A DNA stretch of 64,000 nucleotides from NCBI RefSeq assembly GCF_024521635.1, contig NW_026250416.1:62001-126000 (forward strand). The letters are read 5' to 3'. Shown here one piece after another: positions 50,696 through 62,193 of this stretch. The position numbers and the translations under genes were made by a program. The DNA is from Tricharina praecox. Taxonomy: Eukaryota. The notes under the pieces are model-generated. The model saw nothing but the letters and a program-made list of their open reading frames with translations. It did no database searches and was not told where the DNA came from. Numbering within the stretch: position 1 is the stretch's first letter; each line of letters begins with the position of its first letter.

Positions 50696-51519
50696 ACCTG
50701 AATGGCTTGTGTGGTTAATGCATGTGGAAGAGTGAGATGAGTTTGATATTGATGGGATCAGATGGGTTGTGCTGCATTGCTGGTGTTCTTTATTGTGCTT
50801 TTTGTTCGTTCTTGGAATTCTTTGTAGTATAACTTCTGAAGACTTTGGTTAGCGGCTGGGTTCTACCCTGCGCTGAGGAATTGATATGTTAATGATGATG
50901 TTACTGATCATCACATTCTACATCCTTTACATCGTCTAGAATTCAGCCCACCTGGGCGCGAGTGGGGGAGAGGGGGAGTCACCAACAGAGCAACTAACAG
51001 AGCACTCGCCAGAATTAATTCACCATCAAGCTGAAGAAGGCTGGCTTGTGATACGGAGATCGCGGCGCAGCGGAGATGGGTGTTGCGGTGATGCCTAGGT
51101 GAAGTGGCGGCACTCAGCAAAACTTCTGTTCCGCCGCGCTCGCCACAGCACTCGCCAGCAGTCTGACCTCACCCCTACACACTGGCCTCGTCAGTCCTCC
51201 CACTCCCCGCTTCTGAGACCGTAACAGCGCCTGAAAACAATCAAAGGGATTACTTGATTTTGTGATCAGGCAAGACGGAATTTGGAGATGAGGAAATTCA
51301 AGTAAGCCGAATGTAGACTGTGTAGGATGGATGACATTCAAGGTGGTTGCACTAATTTACGTTCCATATATTGCCGCCGGCTATCTACACAGAATACCGC
51401 ATGCACCCTTGCTATTATCCCAGTTATATACCTATCGTCCTGATAACCGCCGAGCAATCCCACCGAGATACCTTTATCTTGCCATCACATTCAACATCGC
51501 CACCAATAGAACAATAACC

Positions 51520-52466
51520 ATGGCTCCAGGCACGTATCACCGCGCACCGCGACCCATAAGCTTCTCTGTTAACATCGTGCGCCTAGGCTACCTCCACACA
51601 GCGCATGCGGCAGGCACCGAAGAAGAGATCCACTCGCTTCCCACCTATGTCACGGCTGGCGAACCGAACCGCGGCATCATCGTCATAATCTCGGACATGT
51701 TCGGGTGGCAGCTGCCGAACACACGGTTGCTGGCGGATCGGATACGTCGGGAGACGGGCGCGACGGTTTATGTTCCCGATTTTCTGGCCGGTGAGTTCCA
51801 AGTGAGGAGCGTGGAATGACATGAGTGCGGGGTTGCTGACGCGGATGTCTACTAGGCGATTCCGTGCCGACGGAGCATCTCGAGCTGGTCGGTGAGCCCG
51901 AGGGCGAGCCCGGGTTTATGGAGAAAGCAAAATGGAATTTCCGTCGAGTGCAGGCGTTTGGTCCGTGGTTGGTGCGGCACCGCGATGCGGTCTCCTTGCC
52001 GATCGTCACTGCTTTTTTCGAGGCCCTGTACAAAGAGGATCGAACACGGACGGTGATGGTGGCGGGATACTCGTGGGGCGGACGCTACGCACTGCTGTTG
52101 ACGCACCGCAACCAGTGGATGATGAGCAATGGCGGGGGATACCGCGAGGGAGGATTCGTCAATGCCGCGTTCGTCGCGCATCCCACGTTGCTGTCAGTTC
52201 CGTCGGATATCACGGCGATTGCGAGGCCGACTAGTCTCGCGCTTGGAGACTGTGATGAGGTGATGGGGATTAAGACTGTTGAACAGATTCAGAAGCTGTT
52301 GGAAGGGAAGGCGGCGTCGCCGGAGGAGGTGCAGACTGAGGTCCACGTTTATGAGGGAGCGCTACATGGGTTTGCCGTTAGGGCGGATCTGGGGAAGGTC
52401 ATGGATAAGGAGCACTATGAGGGTGCTGCGAAGCAGGCAGTCGAGTGGTTCAAGAAGTTCCTCTGA
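51520..52466 (+). CDS. Dienelactone hydrolase family alpha/beta hydrolase
   Basis: IVIISDMFGW...NTRLLADR, VYVPDF, GYSWGG nucleophile elbow, AHPT, GDCDEV, YEGALHGFAVR. Intron 51791-51855, plus a possible GC-AG intron 51530-51586. Confidence 0.92.
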
Positions 52467-53059
52467 ACGGAATCTTGTTGTTTAGGGCCCGTTTGGATGG
52501 CCTCAGTTTTTCGAGAAACCGAGCAAATGGAACTGAGACCCCGTTTGAATGGCACAAAAACTTTTTAAAAATATGCGGCTCGAGCGAAGAAACTAGTACT
52601 GACCTCGAGAGGTCGTTTCTTTGCCGCCACTCAGTATCGCATTTTAACTTCAACCATGGACTCCCTTTACGGGGAAGAGAAAAAAGCGGGGCCACAATGT
52701 GTCCACTATTAGAGTTCTGGTGAAGCCCATTATTCAGACTTATGGCTGAGTAATCTGAGAACTGCCAAACACTCTGTTCACCTCACAGTTTTCCGGAAAC
52801 TGAAACTGGACAGTATTCGGTGTCCCGGCGGGAAACTGAATTTCACTCTAAAACTGGAACTGAAAACAACATTGGTACAAACGAGCCGGTTTACCTTTTG
52901 CGATGCTGGTCCGTCGCCTAAGCAGGACCTCGAGGCTCGGATGTCTGGATACGGGTTTCTCATTTTGTTGGTTGTACTATGCATACTTTCAACACATCTA
53001 GCCCTTCCATACTTCCACTCGTGAACAACCGAGACTCGCCAATCTGTCGCTACCAACTA

Positions 53060-53833
53060 ATCGTTAGGTACTAGTAAACATCCATGTGGCGACCACACGG
53101 TGTGTGGTCATTAGGACAGCGCCACTTAATGTAAAGTCATAAGTATATACGTTGCGGTCAGGGCGTATTTGTGGCAGACACGATGCAGTTGCCTTCATTG
53201 TATCGTACTCCAGGTCTCCAGAAAGCAAACGCAATGACGGAAAGTGATTGCCGGCAGGTTCTGCAATACGCGGTATCATCCCCAGAGTGAGTTGGAGCAG
53301 GTACAGTCAGTTCAATCGGTAGATCTAGCGGCATCGTAACTTCTGCGGCATCATTCGAAATACGATCTTGAAATAGAGACTGAGTATCTGTTTCCACGCC
53401 TTGTAGTGTTCTGACTCTTCGTCGTTGCCGTGGCAGTCGTTGAACTTCCATCTAAAGAACAGTATTAATGCCACACCACTGCCCTTTATAGGAATAGATA
53501 GTAGCCGCCACTCTAGCACATACATACTAGGGGTCCTCAAACCTATCTGGGTGCTGTTCTGGAGAGAAGCGTAGCGGGCCGCTTTCCTAATAGGTTTGAG
53601 GACCCCTACTGTCTTTTAACACCTCTCACACAGACGATCAGCAGCTGTGGGTGCTCAGCGTATTCTGACACACCATATATTACCTGGGAGATTGTAGACG
53701 TGGGAATCCAAGCAGCTTGGTCTAACCCTGCTTGATCCAGAAGTTCCGTGCATGTGATGTCACTCGCGCCATTGAGCGCTGAGCATCGATGATCGAACTG
53801 GCACAATTGAGAAGCTTCTCTACGTGTACACAA
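53060..53833 (-). pseudogene. Probable decayed spliced gene hit by the MITE
   Basis: Removing the MITE restores CA|GTATGT...TTAAT...TTTAG|A, joining ..IVCVRGVKR-Q-WKFNDCHGNDEESEHYKAWKQIL.. in frame. Downstream the frame breaks into fragments. Confidence 0.35.
53529..53607. mobile_element. 79-bp MITE with 18-bp perfect terminal inverted repeats
   Basis: AGGGGTCCTCAAACCTAT (53529-46) and ATAGGTTTGAGGACCCCT (53590-607), flanked by direct repeat ACT (53526-28, 53608-10). A TA target-site reading is also possible. Confidence 0.85.
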
Positions 53834-54281
53834 CTACATCGGTAGTAAAAATCCTACAAGTTCTTCACCGCTTTGGAAAGCAGCTATGAATTGCGACATT
53901 GCCAAAAATATATACCTATTAGATAAGTCCACGAGTCGGTCTGTTTGCATTGTGCTTTAACTAGGTAACTCCACCGCAGTTGCTGCAGGTCAGTTGTCTC
54001 ACACAGGAGTCTTGCTTCACCAATGGCGGTGGCCACGGGCGGTGCAGCGATGCTCTACATGCACGTGTGAGACTCCATCCTCCGCTCGCAACACGCATAA
54101 TCTGCTTTAATCGACGGTCTCCGCACCGTGGGGCTCATAAGTAGGTACATGAGTACTTCGTTGATGGCAACTATTGCAAGTCCAGCATTCAACCTCCACC
54201 TACCTAAGTAGCGGATCCGAGCGATTCTTCGAGTTCCAATACCCTCCACAACACACACCGACACACCGCGCATCGTCGAAT

Positions 54282-55891
54282 ATGAGCACTCTCCTCTTTG
54301 TTTCCCATGTCATCGGACTGGCCTGCGGCGCCCTCGGAGCTCCGATCGAAGATTTGCGACCGCCACTGGGCAACTCTTCAGCACTGCAAGAGGTGATAGC
54401 ACCGCCTTGGGTTTCCAGTCCTCGCACGCGGGGAACCTTCGAAATACTGTACAATTGCAGTTTCACGCTCGCCCTCTGCGTCTACACCGTCATCCATCTG
54501 AATGTGCTGCTGAAGGAGTCCCGGTCCTCGTTTTATCTACGGAAGGCCAAGTGGGTCTTGATTGCACTTTTTGGACCTGAAGTGGTACTATACGCAGCCT
54601 GGGAGCAGTGGTATGGAGCGAGACACTTTTGCCGGGAATTCAATGAGGTCCTCGAGTGGCGGTTCAAGCAGAGTGTCGAGGAGCAAGTCAACTCCGCAAG
54701 CAGCCCCCAGCCACCAGAGGTCAAATCAGTTATCCGGGTTTCGGGCAACGAGGATTCGGAAATCCGCTTAGCTGTATCTTCAGATGAGAATACTGTAGGT
54801 GCAGTATGCTCACAGCTCATATTACCACACAGGAGCAGGCTACCGCGAAAGAGACCCGGTCGCTCACCTTAGCGGACGGCTTCTACGCAGTAATGGGAGG
54901 TTATGTCATGGATACTCCGGTGCTCATGGGAAGTTATCCGGCTGGGAGATATACCCTCACGCCGGATCAGATCATTGATATAGTAGGGCTAGAAGGAGAC
55001 GCCCTCCCCATCGCCAGCGCAGAAACGATTGAGGACAAGAGTAAGGCAAACGTACTTGCCAAATTCCTTGTTTGCTTCCAGATTTAGTTTCTAGTCATCC
55101 AAGTAGGTGGAGTCTCAGCACCTCCCAGGTTCATTCTGCTAATATAGTATGTTGTCAATCGATTGCCAGAAAGGCCAACGGATATGCTTTGACGTTGCTG
55201 GAAGTTCACACGCTGGTCCATGTCATCTGCGCTTTAGCGATGTACGCGCTTTGGTTCAAAAAGCCTCTCGATATCCAAGACCCCACTGTGTTCAACGCTA
55301 CACAGCCTACCTTAAATCGGTTTTCTAAGGTGGGTTTGCGGTCTTCTGAGACTTCTTGGGTTGGTGGGATTTACTTGAAAAGACGAGCGATAAACGTCAG
55401 CACAGCAGACATATTAAATACCAATGGGTCGGCCATCCTTGGCATCCCTGGGTTTCTATGCGCGGTGTACGGGGGCATTCACTTGTCGGCCTGGGATCTC
55501 CACTTTCCGACCGAGGCGGAACATTACCTCTGGAAAGGTATTACGAGATCAACAGTGCCCTGCCCCTCTATCATTGACTAGACCCTGTGCTGAAATCGAT
55601 CATGGAGCTGTATGCATTACGGCGGTCTCTGGTTTTGCGGCCACTCCGGCGATCTTGATAATAGCGTTTGACAGCGAGGACAAGCAGAATGAAGGCAAAG
55701 GTAGGACAATATATCACGTCATTCGGAAGTATTCTAGAGAGTATCATCGGCGCTTCCAGCACGCTATTGATAGTTGGTTCGGTTTCAAGAGTTTTTGTTT
55801 CTATAATAGTATCGGATTTGGACTGATAATCGCACCACTCAAAACATTGTACATTCCGTGTTGGATTTACAGACGTGTTGCAAGTTTTTAA
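54282..55891 (+). pseudogene. Disrupted member of a widespread fungal multi-pass membrane family (W..P..RGT..IL..C / DKSKA motif)
   Basis: PPWVSSPRTRGTFEILYNCSFTLALCVYTVIHLN, GFYAVMGG, IEDKSKANVLAKFLVCFQ, LTLLEVHT, WFKKPLDI, YGGIHLSAW..HFPT. In-frame TAG at 55085-87, missing acceptor AG near 55158, and the expected C-terminus is absent. Confidence 0.7.
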
Positions 55892-56989
55892 CGGAGGGAG
55901 TGGATATACAGTTCACAGGCTTTTCCCGTGAAAATTGGAAGCCGTAGTACAAGTGACCCCGATTATAGAGAGTTAAATGGCCGGCAATTAGACACATTTA
56001 AAGAATTACTTCGAATTTTTTTTCAATATGTTGCAAATTTCTCCTATGTAGTTAAAATAAAGCGTTTAAGTGCATTAAAAAGTTACAGCATCGTTTTCTT
56101 GGCATTTTTGAACCATTTTTGAACTGTTGAAGCATGGGAGCAGGAGTGCAACGTGTGAAACTGGGCTCGGGTTTTCTCGCTTATGCAGCATTTTTCAATT
56201 GGTCTTGAAGCATTGAGCACCTAAATGGATTTCTATTCTATGTACTAGTACTACTTACGGGCCAGTGTCCAGTATCCAGTATCCAGTATCCAATATCCAG
56301 TGTCCAGTATCCACGGCAGCCAGACAAGCATTACTCTACTGCAAGGTGAGCTACCTATAAGAAACATGAGCTATTAGCGAGAGAAGCTATTAGGGAGATG
56401 AGGAGCTGCGGTGAGAGTAGTAATTGCGGCGAGGGGGCAATAGCAATTGCGGCGGGAGGGAGAGTGGTGGGAGAAGAAGAAGAAGAAAAAGAAGAGGAAG
56501 ATGGCTAAAAAAGCATACGACCCGCCATGCCCGCCATGCCCGCCAACGTTGGTGCCCTCTACTAACCACATTCATTTCCTCCCGCCAACAAGAGTCCTCC
56601 TTCACTTCCTCCTCTTGCTGGGACCTCCTCCCACAGCTCCTCCGCACCATCAGGAGATAGGATCGCTGAGTAGGAAGGTGTGAGTATCTGTATCGGCATT
56701 CAACTTCATCAAAACAGCCGGCTCGTGACGATAGCTGCATGTAAGGTGTATAGGTTCGCAAGGAGTATTTGCAGCGGAAGAGATGAGATGGCGAGGATGT
56801 AAAAGAGATGAAATTGCGATGCTCCGGCTCAGCAGTTAAGCTAGCTTTGCCTACAAATCAGGCTGTCTTCAATCTAAGTTTTTTCCAGTGGCACGGTTAC
56901 ATCCAAGCCAACTGCAGTACCGCTATTTCCCACCAGCCGTCTTACTGTAGTAAGATAAAACCCTATATTTTTGTTACTGTAAGTCATTC

Positions 56990-57137
56990 CCAGTGTCATC
57001 TTGTGAATTGACTCAGTAATTACTAGAGTCATCTCGCGGATTGACTCAATCATTCCTGTTCGATGACTAGAGTCATTTGACGAACTGATTAAGTCATTGT
57101 TAGAGTCACTTACCGGATTGACTCAGTCATTCCTGTT
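56990..57137. repeat. Degenerate ~33-44-bp tandem repeat, ~4 copies, rich in TGACTC/GAGTCA
   Basis: TAGAGTCATCTCGCGGATTGACTCAATCATTCCTGTT (57024-60) vs TAGAGTCACTTACCGGATTGACTCAGTCATTCCTGTT (57101-37), plus two weaker copies. Confidence 0.8.
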
Positions 57138-59817
57138 ATTACTCCCTCCCGTGGCAGCTCGCTCATCTCTCCCCACACCGGAAAACAGTAGAAAAATACC
57201 AAGACATTGTTTAAATTGTCGAAACGTGACGACAACGGTAGAAAAATGCCAAGAAAACGCTTAAGTGAGCACCAACGATATATCTCGAACTTGTGTTTTT
57301 ATATTTCCACCAGTTCCTGTTACTTAAGCGTTAGATCAACGTATGACAAATTCACACATTGTCTGGCTTTTTGCCGAGTTTACAATTTAAAATGGGTGTA
57401 CTATCTATCACTATTTTATTTCCGCATCGATTTACGTGGCTCACGTTATTCTAGATGCAATAGTTGCGGAATAGTTGCGCAATGCTGCGGGGCCGCTTGT
57501 GAAATCTAATGATCGCGCAACCATTTCCCAACCCACCGCTCACGTTTATAAGACCCCCCTTTTTTTACAAGGGTACATACATAGGTAGATATCCCTTCTT
57601 TCTCCCGTGGCATGCGCGAGCCTAGCCCGCAGACTGCAGACTGCAGACTCCTTCGCGCTCAATCCGACTTGATCACCATGACAGCCGCCGAAACAGGGGG
57701 GGATGGGACGGGGGACGGGGGACGGGGGACACCGCGGCTCTTCGCTCACTTTCCTGCACCGATCCACCCACTCACACACCCACCACGTTGTCCGCATCCG
57801 CGCGGTACATACGTCAAGTTTACGCATCCGCGCACTGTTCCCGCCCACCGCCCACAGCTCGCCGACTACCGCCCGTCGACTATCGATTGCCACCCACTGA
57901 CTACCGCCCAACGCACGCCAACTACCGCCTACCCCACCGACTACCGACTACGTGCGTCCGAAAGCTGAGTGGGTAGGTACACTCCGACGGTGCCCGTTCG
58001 ACTTGCGTCTCGAGAGGTATTTCGTGGTCCGGCGAGTGATCTGGCGGGTGTGCCGGGCGAGTGAATGGGCGAGTGAGTTCACTTTCGAGTTTCCGTGAAC
58101 CGTGGCTGCCGGAGTAGTCACCAGGGAAGTCTACACGGGGCCTCGGACACGGCTACTCCACAATGTAATGGAATAACAAGTCATTGAATACCAGTGACTA
58201 GAAGAGGAGGGGGAGGTGTTCACAGAGAGCATTTTTTGTATCGGCGAGGCGGCCACTGAATAGTACATGCGAGTGAGTGATGGGTTGTGAAGTGCCATGT
58301 CCCAGCCGCGGCGAGGCTTGGATCCCGTCATCTCGGTGTGCTTGTACTTGTACGTAAGTACTGGTATCCAAGCCGTATGTAGGTAACAGCCTTTTGTGCT
58401 AGGCATCAACCGGCCAGTCAGTCAGCCAGATAGCCAGACAGCTTATAACTCGGTGTCTTCTGCACACTACCTACGTTACCTAAATTACTCATCCATTGGA
58501 TTTGGCAGTTCCAACTTCCAACTCCCAACTTCTGCTTCAACTTCTAGTTCAATTTCTGCTTCAATTTCGCACATCAACCTATGTACTTCAATCTACATCA
58601 ATGTAGTTATGTACGAGTACCTAGAGTAGCCATAGGCAGCCATACCTCGACTACCCAAACAGTCAAACAGTTAAACAATTCGCACCCCATGTTCCACATT
58701 AGACCTCCGTCTGGTCCTCTCCGGCCCTTTCAGTGTTTCACCCACTAACCTCCCAAAACATTCCCGTCCGAACATCGAACATCGAACTTCGTCCACTGTC
58801 CCCACACCACAGGCTCACAGGCTATCCACAGCCAAGCACATCCCAACCCAACCGACACTCGACGATCCCTCCTGATCCTTGGACCACATGTCGCCACTAG
58901 TTCCATACTCTAGTTATAATAGTGTTCCCGCAGAGCCGCATAACTACATGCCGCGCTAACTAGCGTCGAATCACCCCCACAATCATATCTATCACACAAA
59001 ACCCGTGTGTGTGTGTGTGTGGATTTACATACGCAACCATAGTTGCTCTATCTAGCTGAAGGCTGAAGCGTTTGGTTGCGTACCATACTTACTCTATGTA
59101 TTTATGCATAGTAGATTGATCGATCGATGCTTTGTTATGTGTTATGGTTATGGTTATGATATGATATAGGTACCTAATCCAGCCGAGCTGATCCGAGCTG
59201 ATCCGATCTGGTTTGAGCCGAGCTGAACTGAGCTGAGTCTGTAGAAAAAGGAAAGATGAATCGAAAGGAAGGGGGGAAAAAAGGATATATGTATATCTAC
59301 AAGAAGCGAAAAGAAAAAAAGGGAACGCCGTGTTGCAAGTCCAAATTCCAATCATTTCGCTGCGAAAACACAAAAACACAAAAGCGAAAAATTCCAAAAA
59401 TTCCAAAAAGCGGAACAAAACAAGAATTTCTTTTTTTCAAAAAAAATTCCCCCAAAAAAATAAAAATAAAAAAGGTAAAACTCCAATGATGTGAATAAGA
59501 CTTGAAGAGTTGTACAAAAGTTGCTCGTGCGCAGTAATTGCGCCAGGGGAGCAGCAGAGAGGAAAAAAGGTGATGGAACATTCTCAAATCCGGAAATGAG
59601 AAAAATATAAAACAGGTTTGCAACGGAACCCATCCCCTACCCCCCCACCGAGCTGGCAGTTGGCTGCTGCGCCGTTGAGGGGCAGAATGAAGAACCATTA
59701 GATCTTTGAGAAAATTTAAGCGCCGTCACCGTCGTTTGGTGTGAGATGCATGCAACAAGGAAAGTAAACAAAAATGGACACCAATCAGTCATGAAATTGC
59801 GGCAAGTCGTGGTTAAA

Positions 59818-62193
59818 TCAATGCGACATTTGAAGGTTAGATATTCTGGCTTTTAATCGTTCCAGATCTCGATGCAGAGCGAGGACACGTTCGATCGTTT
59901 CCCTCTTTCTCACGGCATCCGTGACTGATTGCGCTTCGTGGTAGAGACGGGCGTACTTGGAGTAGTCTTCCTTGAATTTGCGCGCCAGCTTCATCGTCTG
60001 ACCGTCGGGAGGGTTCGCGAGCTGCCGTCTATTTGACGCGGTGCCGTTGGACGTTGCTTTGGTGCCGCTCCGAACTGGATCATCCCGTTGCGAAGCACTG
60101 CCGGCCTTTCGCTTCAGGGATGAAACAGCAGGAGGCATATAGCGCGGTTTCTGACTTCGCCCAGACAAAGAGTCCAACGGCGATTGGCTCGCGGTGGATG
60201 TTCCCGCGTTGGACATCATGAACGGGGACGAAGCAGTTGACCCCGTATCATCGGAGGCGTTTATCGGAGGCGATGAGCCAAGTGGGGATGGTTTCGGCGG
60301 GGAATTGCTGGAACTACTCCGGGAAAGTGTATCCCGAGACGATGCCATAGACTTAGCGGTGATGGTGGCGGACGATTGAGCTTTCGAGTAGCCATTTGAT
60401 TGGGATTGAAATTGCACGGGAGGATCTAGCGTGGCAGACGACGAAGCGGACGGAGTGGCTACGATGCGGGGCCTCTTCGCCGGCGACTTCGCAGCAGACG
60501 GCGCCGGTGTTCTCTTTCGGTTGGGATTCAGATAAACGCCATCCCCTTCGATATCCGAAGCGACACGTGAAGGAGGTTTAGGTGCCGATGCTTTAGGGCG
60601 TGGCTGCGGTGATCCTACCTTGCTCACTGGCGGCGGTTTAGGAGTAGACAGTTTGACGTCTTCCATATCAATATCGTCGTCCGAATCCACTACAACCTCA
60701 GCTGACTTGATCTTCGAATTTGTAGTTGCCACGGTTTGCCTCTGTGTAGCTGGCTTGCTCGCCCGCCCAGTCGCTGCTGAGGCATTTTTAGGTGGCCGTC
60801 CGACTGTTCCCTTCGGTTTGGCCGGTACTGTGGCCTTCTTTCTGCCCTTTCCACCGATGATACGAGATATGGCATCTGTTTTTGTAGGTTTCGTGACTTT
60901 TGCCGCGCCCCTGCCCGTTGCCGCCTTCGCCGCTGGTTTTTTGGACTCGAGTGACGGCGGCAACGGCGACCTGCCGCTTTCGCTTGCCGGTCTCGAACTC
61001 AATCGTACCGATGCAGGCTTGACCGGTTCCGGTTCAGGATTGAGGTCTGCCCTCTCGCGGTCTTCGGGCGAGAGCAACATCCGCCATTCTGCAGCTTGTT
61101 TTTGGAGTCGCAATCGGTTAAATGCTTCACCGCAGTTCCGAATCGCCTTTTCTCTGTCACTCGGCGTGATGTAAGGAAAGTCCCACACATCCAATTCTCT
61201 GTGGACATCATCCATGAGCGCCCAATGCCTTCCGGCATTCACCTTGTTGGCAACCTTGTGCAACACCTTCAAGACAAGATCCTCCGGTGCCCTCGTCTTG
61301 GAGGCCAATGAGTGTTCGGAAGCTGGACCCAATACGAGGAGATGTGTGAGAGGTATCCGCAATGCGTCCAGCTCGGCGCGCGCTTCCGCTGAAGTGGATG
61401 TCGAGGCCGAAGTAGGATTGAGTGGAGATCGCCCCGACCTCATTGACGGCGTGGGCGGGCCCGAACTGGGTGCGCTGAGGGATTTTTTGTTCTGTCGTTT
61501 CAAGTACGACGCCTTCTTTAACGCACCGCCCCACCGTGCGTTCCGAGCTTGCGGCAACTCCCCGTAATCTACTATCGCGGCTCTTGAATTACTGTGAGCA
61601 TCTTATGGCGCCACACGGCAGGCATGTCTGCTGCCTCGCGGGATAATAGCACTTACGTGGATGCCGCCTTCTCCTCGTTCAAGAGCTCGTAGTCTTTCTG
61701 AAGCTTGAGTTCGCTCTCGTTAGGTGAGTTCGAACCGCCATCCGCCTCGCGCACTTCCAGGCTATGGCTGAAGACCCCAACGAAGTCGAGGTTCTCCGGC
61801 AAGTCCTCCGATCGCTTGTAAAGTTCATGTCGGTGGGACTCCGCCTGCGACACAATTTCTATTGACTGATCGCCATAATCCAGCCTCTGGTAGCCGCAGA
61901 AACCCATCCCGTTAGCAAAAGATCTTCTACACCTTTTGAGCCTTCAAACCTCGATCTGGGGGTGTTCGAGGACAGTGACAGCGCATCAGAGCTTGTTTTG
62001 GAGTATCCCGTACCATAGACTTCCCGAAGGATATCTTCAGGTCGGATCCATGCTTGAGCACCTCCTCCAAAACTAAGCCGTCGGCGAATGCGATCCGCAT
62101 CGCCTGCAAGCCGTGAACGGCCGCCTTTCCGGTGCCCGAAGCCGGTATAGCGCCTAGAACGAGCCCGGATGACGGAACTTGTAGACCGGCCAT
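59818..62193 (-). CDS. Putative RNA polymerase II elongation factor ELL-like protein, 3 exons
   Basis: ORFs 61927-62196, 61653-61907 and 59818-61557 splice in frame. Motif LRIPLTHLLVLGP.SE..L...VLHKVA...WAL....RELDVWDFPY, a long low-complexity middle, and a C-terminal coiled helix (ARKFKEDYSKYARLY..LALHRDLERLK). Family call by recollection. Confidence 0.7.

Noticed and set aside
56990-57137. CRISPR-like array
   Set aside because: Eukaryotic context, degenerate repeats, no unique equal-length spacers, no cas genes.
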